Of a DNA stretch of 64,000 bases, positions 1 through 9,252 are shown in pieces. Positions within the stretch are counted from its first letter, which is position 1. Every line of letters starts with the position of its first letter. Origin of the DNA: Thermoproteota archaeon (GTDB lineage: Archaea > Korarchaeota > Korarchaeia > Korarchaeales > Korarchaeaceae); the NCBI GenBank assembly GCA_027492205.1, contig JAOZFN010000014.1:64542-128541 (forward strand). Reading direction: 5' to 3'. The notes under the pieces are model-generated. The model ran no database searches. It had not been told where the DNA came from and was given only the letters and a program-made list of their open reading frames with translations. The translations under genes were made by a program, and so were the position numbers.

Positions 1-784
1 TGAACCTCTCGCCCTCGGCGTTGAGCAGGATCCCCCCCTCCCCCCTGGCCGCCTCGCTGATGAGGATGTTCGTCCCGTAGAGCGTCGTCGGGTGGAACTG
101 GATGAACTCCATGTCCTCGAGGGGCGCGCCAACCCAGTAGGCCAGGGCCATGCCGAAGCCGGTGCTGTGGTGGCTGTTGGTGGTCCTGGCGTAGATCCTG
201 CCAGCCCCGCCGGTGGCCATGATCACGGCCTTGGCCTCGTAGGCCTCCAGCTCCCCGGTCTGGACGTTCATGGCCACGAGGCCCCTCACGCCCTCCTCGT
301 CCCGGGCGAGGCGGAGCACCGCCCTCTCGTTGTAGAAGGTTACCCCCAGCCTGAGGGCCTGCTGGAACACGGTGTGCATGACCGCGTGGCCCGTCTTGTC
401 GGCCGCGTAGCAGGTCCTCGGGAACCCCGCCCCGCCGAAGGGCCTCTGAGCTATCCGACCGTCCTCGAACCTGCTGAAGGGGACGCCCCACCTGTCGAGC
501 TCCAGCACCCTCTCTATCGCGTCCTGACAGTACTCCAGCACCGCGTCCTGGTCGGCCAGGTAGTCCGCGCCCTTGATCGTGTCGAAGGCGTGCCTCTCGA
601 CGCTGTCGCTGGGGTCGGCGTTGCCGAGGGCCGCGTTTATCCCCCCCTGGGCCGCCACCGAGTGGGACCTCATCGGGTAGAGCAGGCTCACGACGGCCAC
701 GTCCGCCCCGCGGAGCTTGGCCTCGACCGCGGCCCTGAGGCCCGCGAGCCCACCTCCGACGACGATCACGTCGTGCCTCTCCAA
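1..784 (-). CDS. sdhA: Succinate dehydrogenase/fumarate reductase flavoprotein subunit (partial, runs off window start)
   Basis: Hand translation from TTG at 784 gives MERHDVIVVGGGLAGLRAA...RSHSVAAQGGINAALGN, with the FAD-binding GxGxxG and covalent-His SHSxxAQGG motifs; downstream R-F-GGAGFPRTCYAADKTGH and MEFIQFHPT. Absent from the ORF track because its stop is outside the window. Confidence 0.95.
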   Translation of the reverse strand, partial: MERHDVIVVGGGLAGLRAAVEAKLRGADVAVVSLLYPMRSHSVAAQGGINAALGNADPSDSVERHAFDTIKGADYLADQDAVLEYCQDAIERVLELDRWGVPFSRFEDGRIAQRPFGGAGFPRTCYAADKTGHAVMHTVFQQALRLGVTFYNERAVLRLARDEEGVRGLVAMNVQTGELEAYEAKAVIMATGGAGRIYARTTNSHHSTGFGMALAYWVGAPLEDMEFIQFHPTTLYGTNILISEAARGEGGILLNAEGERF

Positions 785-805
785 GGGCGATCCCCCTCAG
801 CCGGC

Positions 806-1195
806 TCAGAGGCCCACTGCATAGGCCCAGTAAACCATGAAGATCACGGTGGCCACCAGCACGGCTATGAACAGCTTGTCCTCCCTCTCCGCGGCCCACC
901 CGAAGGCCTCGATCAGGATCACCCTGATCCCGTTGAAGGCGTGGTAGGCTCCCGTGAACAGGATCAGGTCGTCGGTAAGGAGCGTCCCGCCAGGGAACGC
1001 GTAGCCGAAGTGGTTGGCCAGCACGTGCACGACGGCGCCGAAGACCATGAGGGCTCCGGTCACCCTCTGGAGGAGCCAGGCCCACATGCCCAGGCCCCTC
1101 CTCCTAACGTGGGCGACCCAGTGGACCACGTTCCTGAAGTCCGCTCCGGGGTTCCTAACCTCCCGCGGCGCCGGGGCTGACTCCTCGTCGGGCAT
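806..1195 (-). CDS. sdhC: Succinate dehydrogenase cytochrome b/membrane anchor subunit
   Basis: WAWLLQRVTG, HVLANH and YHAFNGIRVIL motifs; three TM helices; directly upstream of sdhA. Confidence 0.85.
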   Translation of the reverse strand: MPDEESAPAPREVRNPGADFRNVVHWVAHVRRRGLGMWAWLLQRVTGALMVFGAVVHVLANHFGYAFPGGTLLTDDLILFTGAYHAFNGIRVILIEAFGWAAEREDKLFIAVLVATVIFMVYWAYAVGL

Positions 1196-1327
1196 GTTGG
1201 CTCGGGGGGCCGGGGCCCATTTCTGTTAAAAGATTGTCTTTACCCGAAAGGGGAAGCGCCTGAAGCCCGGGATCTCCCCCATCGCCCCCCCCGATCCGTC
1301 GTTCTGGGATGGTGGGTGCTGGCGGAC

Positions 1328-1885
1328 TCAGTGGATGAGCTTGAGCCTCTTCGCGGTCTCGACAACCAACCTGCCCACCTGATCCTCCCCCTCCAGGGGG
1401 AACACCGGGACCTCTCCCCCCGAGCTGGATCTGAGCGGGCCCCGGACCTCAGCGGCGCAGACGGCGGCGACCACCGGGTCCGCCAGCCCACGGAGGATCG
1501 CCTGCGCCTCCCTCGGACCGTGAGCCACCACCACCTTCAGCACGTCTTCCCTGCGCCCGGCCAGTCGGTCGAAGCCGCTCAGGACGACCGCGTCGGGCGG
1601 CACCCTCTGGCCGGCCTCGAGAAGACGGAGCAGGTCCTCGAGCGACTTTGGCGCCGTTACCACCGTCACGCGACTCCTCCTCCTGCCCACGAGGGCAACG
1701 AGGCTGGCCCCGGAGTTCTCCAACAGGCCTGCCTCCGTATCAGGCCTCTCCCTCACAGCGGACTCTGAGGCGGCCCTGGAGGCGGCGCCGACTCTGTACC
1801 CCCTGGAGCTGAGCGCCCTCACCAGCGCGCCCGCGACGCTGGCGCGCTCGGGCCCCCTTGGACCTGACACGAGGACCACGAGCAA
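1328..1885 (-). CDS. MobB-like molybdopterin-guanine dinucleotide biosynthesis protein with degenerate P-loop
   Basis: VVLVSGPRGPERAS at the N-terminus, GYRVGA and DAVVLSGF resemble MobB; no canonical GKT. Confidence 0.55.
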   Translation of the reverse strand: MLVVLVSGPRGPERASVAGALVRALSSRGYRVGAASRAASESAVRERPDTEAGLLENSGASLVALVGRRRSRVTVVTAPKSLEDLLRLLEAGQRVPPDAVVLSGFDRLAGRREDVLKVVVAHGPREAQAILRGLADPVVAAVCAAEVRGPLRSSSGGEVPVFPLEGEDQVGRLVVETAKRLKLIH

Positions 1886-1903
1886 GCAAAAATCCCCCCA
1901 CGG

Positions 1904-2218
1904 TCAGGACTCGGCGAAGAGCCTCCGCTGAATGGCCATCTTGATTCTCAAGAACCAGTTCTGAGCCTCCTCCCTCGCCTGGGCGGAGGCGTCCCGAGAG
2001 GCCAGCATCGAGCTTAGGGCGCCGACCGTCTCCCTGAGGCCGAACCTCTCCAAGGGCTCCGAGAGTGTGTCTGCGGCCTCAATCGCCTCCTCGAACCTCC
2101 CCGAGGCGAGGAGATCCACGAGTCTGAGGAGCTGGGCCAGGTACCTCCGGTCGGCGTAGCTGCAGGCGACCGCCAGCCTCCTGAGATAGAACTGGAGGTT
2201 GTCTCCCCCGCCGCTCAA
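1904..2218 (-). CDS. Hypothetical helical protein
   Basis: Coding-like codon usage; co-oriented with neighbours. Confidence 0.6.
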   Translation of the reverse strand: MSGGGDNLQFYLRRLAVACSYADRRYLAQLLRLVDLLASGRFEEAIEAADTLSEPLERFGLRETVGALSSMLASRDASAQAREEAQNWFLRIKMAIQRRLFAES

Positions 2219-2252
2219 CGTCGGGAACCACCCCGGTGGTTCAGATTAACCT

Positions 2253-2687
2253 TCACCGATCCGCGTGGGGCTCGAACTCGCCCTCCTCGCATACCCTCCC
2301 GGTGAAGAACAGCTCCGCTATTTCCCCCGCCGACCTCGCGAAGACCTCCGGACCATCGTCGTCGGGGAGGCCGACCGACAGAACCGTGATCGAGCACCCG
2401 GTGGGCTCCTCCAGGTGTATGGAGAGGACCAGCTCCCCGTCAACCTCCTCCCACTCGTCTCCGTCCATAAGGGACTTCCTGTAGTACCTCGCCCTCCACC
2501 TCCCGAACTCGATCGTGACGGCGGAGGCACCCACGAACCTGGCCAGGCCCTCCACGGCGCCCAGCAGGTAGGCCCTCAGCTCCTCGACGTCCATCGAGAG
2601 GAGCGACCATGGATCGCTCCTCGCCCTGCTGACGAGGTCCTCCCACTTTCGCTCGATCGCCTCAACGTCCACCTCCGCGTCGGCCAA
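2253..2687 (-). CDS. Hypothetical acidic protein
   Basis: GGGGGAGGG RBS before TTG; coding-like composition. Confidence 0.6.
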   Translation of the reverse strand: MADAEVDVEAIERKWEDLVSRARSDPWSLLSMDVEELRAYLLGAVEGLARFVGASAVTIEFGRWRARYYRKSLMDGDEWEEVDGELVLSIHLEEPTGCSITVLSVGLPDDDGPEVFARSAGEIAELFFTGRVCEEGEFEPHADR

Positions 2688-2718
2688 TTTCCCTCCCCCC
2701 TCAGGGATCGCGCGGGTA

Positions 2719-3261
2719 CTAAAAGTCTGCCGCCCGCTGCGAATCGAGAGCGTGCCTAATGTCTCGGGCCGCCCTCCTCAAGGCCTCGACGACCTTCTCC
2801 CTGACGCCCCGATTTGACAGGTGGACCTCGGCCTCCGCTATCGCCGCCTTCACCTCTCTCATGGCCTCGACGACGTCCTCCGGGATCTCCGACTCGAGCA
2901 GGACGCTGGCGGCCTCCACAAACCTCTCGTAGTCCCTCCTGAGGCTGACCCTCGCCTCCTCCAGCCTCGAGGCGAGCTCCCTCCCGCTCGGGGTGAGGTA
3001 GTAAACCTTCCTCCGGCCCTCCTCCCTCCTGGCCACGATGCCCCGTGACTCGAGGTCTCGGAGGAGCGGGTAGACCGTCCCGGGAGACGGTCTCCAGTAC
3101 CCGGTCTTCCTCTCAATCTCTTTGATGATGTCGTACCCGGTGAGTTCCCCCTTCTCCCTCAGCATCCTGAGTATCACGATGCGGAGGAGGCCCATCCCAG
3201 CCATCGTCCGTCGGCGTCCCTCGTCCTCCAGCCCGCTCCCTTCGCAGCAGCCCCCCGACAC
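2719..3261 (-). CDS. PadR-family transcriptional regulator
   Basis: LTGYDIIKEI...WRPSPGTVYPLLRDLE...RRKVYYLTPSG is the PadR wHTH signature; start is GTG 3261 or ATG 3204. Confidence 0.9.
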   Translation of the reverse strand: MSGGCCEGSGLEDEGRRRTMAGMGLLRIVILRMLREKGELTGYDIIKEIERKTGYWRPSPGTVYPLLRDLESRGIVARREEGRRKVYYLTPSGRELASRLEEARVSLRRDYERFVEAASVLLESEIPEDVVEAMREVKAAIAEAEVHLSNRGVREKVVEALRRAARDIRHALDSQRAADF

Positions 3262-3354
3262 CTGTCGTGTTTCGAAGGACTCAGTTTTAACGTCTCCGAG
3301 CGCCGTCCCGGTGGGCGGCAGGCACTTATAGCCCACGGGCTAGACGGACCCGCG

Positions 3355-3849
3355 ATGAAGCCCCGCTACGACCTCCTCATCCTAGACTTGGATCTGACCG
3401 TTTGGGATCACGAGGACGCATCTTCGCTCGTGCCTCCCTACCAGAGGGTGTCCGAGGGCGCCGCGGCGGACTCTCGCGGAACGACGATCCGCCTTCGGCC
3501 CGGGGTAAGGGAACTCCTCTCGCGTTGCGCCGAGTGGGGGATACGCGTAACGGTAGCCAGCTGGAACAGGCCCGATGTGGTCTTTCCCCTCCTGAGGACC
3601 CTGGATCTCGACCGGTTTCTCTGGAACCCGGTGATAGAGTTCCACCCGGACAAGGTGGCCATGGTGGCCAAGATCCTGCGGGCCCTCGGGCCCGAGTGGG
3701 ATGGGCGGGGGCTGTTCGTGGACGATAGGGAGGAGAACGTTCGGGCGGTCGCCGAGGCCTTCGAGAGGGTGGACGCCGTCCGGTTCGGCGTGGACGTCAA
3801 GTCCTTCCGAGACCTGGCCGAACTCCTCGTGGGCGGCAGGGAGGTGTGA
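3355..3849 (+). CDS. Magnesium-dependent phosphatase-1 (HAD subfamily IIIC)
   Basis: DLDLTVWDH, ASWN, HPDK and FVDDR HAD motifs. Confidence 0.85.
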   Translation: MKPRYDLLILDLDLTVWDHEDASSLVPPYQRVSEGAAADSRGTTIRLRPGVRELLSRCAEWGIRVTVASWNRPDVVFPLLRTLDLDRFLWNPVIEFHPDKVAMVAKILRALGPEWDGRGLFVDDREENVRAVAEAFERVDAVRFGVDVKSFRDLAELLVGGREV

Positions 3850-3853
3850 GGGG

Positions 3854-4771
3854 GTGGAGTACGCGGAGCTGGGTCGGACGGGCATCAGGGTTTCAAGGAT
3901 CGGGCTGGGGACCTGGCAGATAGGGGCCTCCTACTGGGGCTGGGGGAGGGAGTACACCCGGGAGGAGGCTCTGAGGGTGATAAGGACCGCCATCGAGCTC
4001 GGGGTCAACTTCATCGACACCGCCGAGATCTACGGCGGGGGCACGTCGGAGAGGATCGTGGGTGTGGCCATAAGGGACGTGAGGGACGAGGTGGTCGTGG
4101 CCACCAAGGTCTCCCCCCTGCACCTGACCTACCGCGGGGTCAGGAGGGCCCTGGAGGGCAGCCTCAGGAGGCTAGGCCTAAGGTACGTGGACCTCTACCA
4201 GGTGCACTGGCCCAACCCCCTGATCCCGCTGGGCCAGACCATGAGGGCTATGGAGGACCTGCTTGAGGAGGGGAAGATCAGGGCCATAGGCGTCAGCAAC
4301 TTCTCGCTAAAGAGACTTGAGGCGGCCAGGGGGCACCTGAGCAGGCACGACGTGGCGTCTGACCAGGTGGAGTACAACCTGCTTAAGAGGGACGTGGAGA
4401 GAGACCTCCTTCCGTACTGCGAGGGGGAGAGGATTACTCTCATCGCCTACAGCCCCCTGGCCCAGGGGCTCCTCACGGGAAAGTACGGCCCGGGCAGGAT
4501 GCCGAGGGGGCTTCAGCGGAGGGTCATGATGGCGCTGAAGTACGGAGGCGTCAGGAGGCTGACCAGGGTCCTGGAGGTCCTCGGAGAGATCGCGAAGAGG
4601 CGGGGGGTGACCGTACCCCAGGTCTCCCTCAACTGGGTGCTCAGGAGCCGCGCGGTGGTCGCCATACCGGGGGCCAAGAGGGGGGAGCACGTCAGGCAGA
4701 ACGTCGGCGCGGTCGGCTGGTCGCTGACCCAGGAGGAGCTGGAGGCCATCGAGGCGGCCCTGTCCCCGTGA
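3854..4771 (+). CDS. Aldo/keto reductase
   Basis: IGLGTWQ, DTAEIYGGG, DLYQVHWP, IGVSNF and AYSPLAQGLLTGKY; start re-called to GTG 3854. Confidence 0.95.
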   Translation: MEYAELGRTGIRVSRIGLGTWQIGASYWGWGREYTREEALRVIRTAIELGVNFIDTAEIYGGGTSERIVGVAIRDVRDEVVVATKVSPLHLTYRGVRRALEGSLRRLGLRYVDLYQVHWPNPLIPLGQTMRAMEDLLEEGKIRAIGVSNFSLKRLEAARGHLSRHDVASDQVEYNLLKRDVERDLLPYCEGERITLIAYSPLAQGLLTGKYGPGRMPRGLQRRVMMALKYGGVRRLTRVLEVLGEIAKRRGVTVPQVSLNWVLRSRAVVAIPGAKRGEHVRQNVGAVGWSLTQEELEAIEAALSP

Positions 4772-4780
4772 ACCCGGGCC

Positions 4781-6592
4781 TCAGGGCTTTCGGAGGACCA
4801 CCAGGCTCTCGGTGGGGATCGCCCCCCTCTCGCTGGACTTGGCGAGGTGCACGTCGAACCTGACCTCCGGCTCGAGTCCCGCCTGACTCGCCAGCTCGAT
4901 CATCCAGTCGGCCACCGGAAGCCTCCTCCCCTCCCCCCTCACCCTCATGACCTGCTCGGCACCGATCACCCACGTGACCCTGCCGCCCGGCCTCAGGACC
5001 TCGCCAATCTCCTTGAACACCCTCAGGACCCCCAAGAAGTACCTGAGGAGCGCCGCCGACATCTTGGGCCTGCCCGGCCTGAGCCAGAGGAGGAAGTCCC
5101 TCACGTCCTCTGGCAGGGAGTCCAGTGCCGACTCGCTCCACTCCCTCGACCTGGATCCCCTCACCGAGCCCAGCGTCTCCCTGTCGACTGCGAGGTGGTC
5201 CGAGGTCAGGCCTAGGACGTAGAGCGAGTAGAGCTGGTTCCCCACGTAGTCTATGGCGGCCAGGTAGGGGGGGCTGGTCACCACGCCGTCGAACGGCCCC
5301 CTCAGCTCGCCGGGCACCCGCCTGAGCACCTCCCTGAGCCTCGTGGAGTCCCCACGGATCACCTCGGCCTTCGCGGGCTCTATGGGCCTCACGTTCTCCC
5401 TGTAAAGCTGGAGGAACCTCAGGGCAAACCACATCCTCTTCAGGTGATCCAGGTAGGTGGAGATCACCTTCTCCGGCGCCTGCTTCGTGAGCATGCTCCT
5501 CATCCAGTAGGCCAGGGGCACCTTGAGGAAGTCGGACAGGTCGGGATCTCCCACACTCTGAGAGATCTCCAAGACCCTGACGACGACCGCGAGGGAACCC
5601 CTCCTCACCCTGGAGGCCAGCCTCTCCGGCAGCCTGGAGAGCATCTCCTCCAGAGATCGTCCGTCGGCCGCCGGGCGGGAGCGCAGCTCCTCCTCGACCC
5701 GCGATATCAGCTTGGAGACCTCCGACGGATCGGCACCCAGCGCCCTAACCTTCACCCGGCTCACCATAGCCAGCAGGGGGTTCACCTCGACGCCCACGGA
5801 CCTGATCCCCATCAGAGAGGCCTCGACGTTCAGCGTCCCGCAGCCCGTGAATGGGTCCAGGACCAGGTCCCCCTCGCGGAGGCCCATGAGGTTCATGGCG
5901 GCCCTGATCATCCTCGGGAAGAACTTGCCGCGGATCCCGAAGAACCAGTGGGTCAGGTAGAGCTGGGGGGCCCTGCGGTCGTCCATGAAGTCCTCTATAG
6001 TCTTGAAGAGCCTGGCGGACTCCGCCGAGTAGGCCCTCTTCACCCCCACCCGGAGGTGCCTCAGGCCGGCGCGGAACATCCTCTCGACGTCTGAATCATC
6101 CCTGGCCAGCCTGCAGACGAAGTCCGAGAACTCGTAGGCCGCCTGGTCCGGGACCACCCTGAGGCACCTCCCGCCCTCCAGCCTGTAGAGCGTGGTCAGC
6201 GGGTCGAGGCTCACCTCGCTCTCCCCTGCCCCTGGGCGGAGCCCCATGTCCTCGGCGGGGGAGTCGTCGTCCCGCCCCCAGGCCAGGTAGACCTCCCTGA
6301 AGTAAGAGAGCCTCCTAATCGCTCCAAGTAGCTCCGGGCTCGGCTCCAGCCCTCGTGTCAGGAAACCCTCGAGCCCCCCGGGGTAGGGGTGCCAGCAGAT
6401 CCTGTCGTGGATTCGGAGCCTCCGATCCATCAGGAACCTGAGTTCGTCAACCAGCACGTCGGCGGCGTTCCTCACCTCCTCCACGCCGGCGCCTATCGAG
6501 GACTCGACCTCCTCCCTCGCCAGAGGAAGCTCAGAGTCGTTCTGGATGTCGTGCTTGAGCTTGAAATATCCGACGAGCCCGCCCTCGCCCAC
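4781..6592 (-). CDS. SAM-dependent amino-methyltransferase (N4-C/N6-A DNA MTase-like) with long N-terminal extension
   Basis: HWFFGIRGKFFPRMIR, VLDPFTGCGT (motif I) and VTSPPY (motif IV); no restriction endonuclease adjacent. Confidence 0.75.
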   Translation of the reverse strand: MGEGGLVGYFKLKHDIQNDSELPLAREEVESSIGAGVEEVRNAADVLVDELRFLMDRRLRIHDRICWHPYPGGLEGFLTRGLEPSPELLGAIRRLSYFREVYLAWGRDDDSPAEDMGLRPGAGESEVSLDPLTTLYRLEGGRCLRVVPDQAAYEFSDFVCRLARDDSDVERMFRAGLRHLRVGVKRAYSAESARLFKTIEDFMDDRRAPQLYLTHWFFGIRGKFFPRMIRAAMNLMGLREGDLVLDPFTGCGTLNVEASLMGIRSVGVEVNPLLAMVSRVKVRALGADPSEVSKLISRVEEELRSRPAADGRSLEEMLSRLPERLASRVRRGSLAVVVRVLEISQSVGDPDLSDFLKVPLAYWMRSMLTKQAPEKVISTYLDHLKRMWFALRFLQLYRENVRPIEPAKAEVIRGDSTRLREVLRRVPGELRGPFDGVVTSPPYLAAIDYVGNQLYSLYVLGLTSDHLAVDRETLGSVRGSRSREWSESALDSLPEDVRDFLLWLRPGRPKMSAALLRYFLGVLRVFKEIGEVLRPGGRVTWVIGAEQVMRVRGEGRRLPVADWMIELASQAGLEPEVRFDVHLAKSSERGAIPTESLVVLRKP

Positions 6593-6691
6593 GCGGATCG
6601 ACCGCCCACCGCCGGACGTGGCGCCGAAGCCCCTGGACCGGTGGAGACCTTCTGCGCGAGGGTATAATAAATTCGACGAACCACCCGCCCG

Positions 6692-7408
6692 GTGGGGTTG
6701 CGGGTGGAGCTCAGGAGTCCCCGCGCGCTCACCGCGCTCACTCTCGCAGTAGCGGGCGCTTTCTCAGCAGCAGTCTCCCTCGCGTGGCCTCCAAAGCCCT
6801 ACGAGGTGGCTCTGGGAGGGATTTTCGTCGGCTGGATACTCCTGATGGTCTTCAAGGCGGCCAAGGTGGTCTCCGCGAGGCTCAACAAGTACATCGCCAG
6901 GAAGTTCATCCACTTCACCACCGGCGGCCTCGTGGCCGCGCTGTCGCCATTCGTCTTCGAGACGCCCACAGTCCCGATAATTGGGGCCGTCGGAATGGCC
7001 CTCATGACCCTCATCCCCAGGATATGGGGCAGGGAGCTGGACTGGTACCAGGTAAAGAACAACTTCGGCGACACCTGGTTCTGCGTGAGCTTCGCGGCCC
7101 TTTACACCTCTCTCTGGTACGAGGACAAGTGGCTCGCCGTGGTGCCAGCTCTGTTCATGGCCTACGGAGACGGGGTGACGGGCGTGGTGAGGAGCGTAGT
7201 CTACAGGGACTGGGTGAAGGGCGGCTGGGGGAGCCTCGCCATGCTCCTGGTCTCGCTCCCCATCGGGGCCGCCGTGAAGGGGGTGGCCGGCGTGGCGTCC
7301 GCCCTGGCGGCCACCGTGGTTGAGAAGCTCCCCTACATAGACGACAACATAACCGTGCCCGCCGTATCGGCCGCGGTGCTCTACGCCCTCCACGCGCTGG
7401 GGGCTTGA
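6692..7408 (+). CDS. Dolichol/phytol kinase family (CTP-dependent polyprenol kinase)
   Basis: ARKFIH, MAYGDGVTGVV, KGGWGSLAM and DDNITVP motifs; multi-TM. Confidence 0.85.
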   Translation: MGLRVELRSPRALTALTLAVAGAFSAAVSLAWPPKPYEVALGGIFVGWILLMVFKAAKVVSARLNKYIARKFIHFTTGGLVAALSPFVFETPTVPIIGAVGMALMTLIPRIWGRELDWYQVKNNFGDTWFCVSFAALYTSLWYEDKWLAVVPALFMAYGDGVTGVVRSVVYRDWVKGGWGSLAMLLVSLPIGAAVKGVAGVASALAATVVEKLPYIDDNITVPAVSAAVLYALHALGA

Positions 7409-7419
7409 ACCTTTGGAGG

Positions 7420-8010
7420 CCGCTCCAAACCTCGCCGTCGCGGATCGACCGAGCCCTTGCCGTAGCTGATGAGGGCCACCGCCGCCATTATTGTCATCAC
7501 GATGAGGATGGCCTCCGTGGCCGTTCTGGATATCCCGGGCCTGCCGGCCGGAGTCCACACGGCCATCACCTCTGATAGTGTAGGAGTATACGGCGAACGT
7601 GCCCTGGGGCCCGTAGAGCTTCAGCATGTGGTGCTCCTTCGCTGTGGCGTAGGTTGATGTGTAGCGTCCCGCATACTTGGTGCACTGGTTGTCCGACCAC
7701 CTGAGGGTGGCCACCTCGCCTACCCCCAGGACGTCGTCCCCAACGACGTCGACGTAGTCCGCCTCCCCGCAGTAGTGATCGTCCACGATTGGTATCCAGA
7801 CCCCACGCAGACCGGCGTTCCGCAGCTCCATGGGCCCATTGTTCTTCACGCCCACCTCCATGCACGTCCCGGAGGTGCGGCTGGACTGGGCAAAGTAGGC
7901 CCCGTAGATCTCCAGAGTAGACGGGCCGAGATGGAGGTCGTCCTAAAGAGGACGCTCGAGGCGTACGAGCCTATTGGGCCGAAGACCCCGCTTTTACCCA
8001 AGTCCGACAC
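7420..8010 (-). pseudogene. Degraded type IV pilin-like genes
   Basis: Fragment GISRTATEAILIVMTIMAAVALISY resembles a class III signal peptide; upstream frame TLEIYGAYF...MEVGVKNNG resembles a pilin beta domain; the frames are broken. Confidence 0.4.
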
Positions 8011-8019
8011 GAATGCCCC

Positions 8020-8079
8020 CGGGCGATGATGACGCGATGGGGCGCGGAGGCGTGAAGATGCAGTGCCGACCTGAGCCCG
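8020..8079 (+). ncRNA. Box C/D sRNA (2'-O-methylation guide)
   Basis: ATGATGA box C 8026-8032, 12-nt guide, CGGA D' 8045-8048, TGAAGA C' 8053-8058, 12-nt guide, CTGA box D 8071-8074, closed by a CGGGC/GCCCG stem; intergenic. Confidence 0.8.
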
Positions 8080-8103
8080 CTCCCCCCTCATCTCCAAAGG
8101 GGC

Positions 8104-8898
8104 TCAGGAGAAATCCAGGTGTGAGCCTAGCCACAGCAGCGCCGCTCCGACGGCGGGGGCAAGCAGGGCGGGGGTCACCGCAGCGCCCTGGGCCACGGAC
8201 ATCAGGGGCACGAACGACGCCATGTAGGCGACCCTCCACATCGGGCTTGTCCGCGGCGGGAGGGCGCCACCGAAGATCTTGGTGAAGAGGCAGAGGGCCA
8301 CGGCCGAGACGGTGAACCAGCCCAAGAAGTTGGAAAGGGGGATCCCGAACCACGAACCCCCCTCCTCCCAGGACCAGGCGCCCAGGGCCACCATGACGGG
8401 GTCGACGGCCAGGTCCAGCGCAACCATCATCGCCGAGGCAAGAGCTACCCTCGCCCAGGCCCGACGCGTCAGGGAGGAGGCGGCCGAGTAGCAGACGAAG
8501 AGGTAGACACCCCAGGCGATCACCACCGGAACCGGGACCCCGAGGATCTCCGGGCCGAACTCGGAGTAAGAATACCTCCCGAACGGAATCCCGTAGCGCA
8601 CTCCGACGACCTCGAACGCGAGCCCAACCGCCGAGCCGACTGGTGGCAGGGCCAGCCCCGGCCTCCAGTACCGCGCCCCAGTGAGAATCAGCGCCAATGC
8701 GAAGCAGGCCGTGAGGATCAGGTCCGACTCCGCCCTCCTGCCCGTCAGCGCTATCGCGGCGTTGAGGATGAATCCAAGCGAGACCACGACGGCCGGGGCC
8801 CAGTCAGATTCCTCCGAGACCCTCACAGGCTGAGGCGCCTCCGGACGCAAAAAAAGGTGCGCCGGCGCCTTCGGCCAGCTCTCCCAAAGGTCCTGCAC
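8104..8898 (-). CDS. cruF: CruF/DUF422 carotenoid hydratase-like membrane protein
   Basis: GIPFGRYSY, GVPVPVVIAW, LDLAVDPV and WFGIPLSNFLGW motifs; start uncertain. Confidence 0.75.
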   Translation of the reverse strand: MQDLWESWPKAPAHLFLRPEAPQPVRVSEESDWAPAVVVSLGFILNAAIALTGRRAESDLILTACFALALILTGARYWRPGLALPPVGSAVGLAFEVVGVRYGIPFGRYSYSEFGPEILGVPVPVVIAWGVYLFVCYSAASSLTRRAWARVALASAMMVALDLAVDPVMVALGAWSWEEGGSWFGIPLSNFLGWFTVSAVALCLFTKIFGGALPPRTSPMWRVAYMASFVPLMSVAQGAAVTPALLAPAVGAALLWLGSHLDFS

Positions 8899-9057
8899 GG
8901 ACGGCCCCCGACCGGAGCCACTCGGCCCGATAACCTCGGCCTCAGCCGGTCACCGGGGGCAGACGCGGAGCCGCTTCTAGGTTCTGACATCTGTAAAATT
9001 GTTAATGTTACGGAAATCCTTATTTGGTAACAATGGTTTGGGTGGGACCGACCTGGG

Positions 9058-9252
9058 ATGGGTCATCGGTGGCTGGCGCTTATGGCCCTGCTGGTCGCGT
9101 CCCTGGGCGCCCTAGGCGCCCTGGCCGCCTACCAGTTTAGGGAGGCGCGAACTGGAGGAGGCCAGGGAGAGAGATTGGTCCTGGCCTGGGGAGACTGGGG
9201 TCAACCAAACCGACCCTCGTGTACCTGGCTCCTGTGGTCGTGGCCGCCGTAG
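9058..9252 (+). pseudogene. Truncated secreted protein, possibly the N-terminus of an ABC solute-binding protein
   Basis: Signal anchor followed by LVLAWGDWGQP and then an abrupt end; preceded by an AT-rich promoter. Confidence 0.35.

Noticed and set aside
92-1180. 362-aa plus-strand ORF and many similar long antisense ORFs (e.g. 12474-13484, 45096-46580, 48966-50264, 62126-63388)
   Set aside because: Shadow ORFs of GC-rich genes on the opposite strand, with no motifs. The 12474-13200 part is not covered by another gene and may hide a real minus-strand gene, but I could not support a call.
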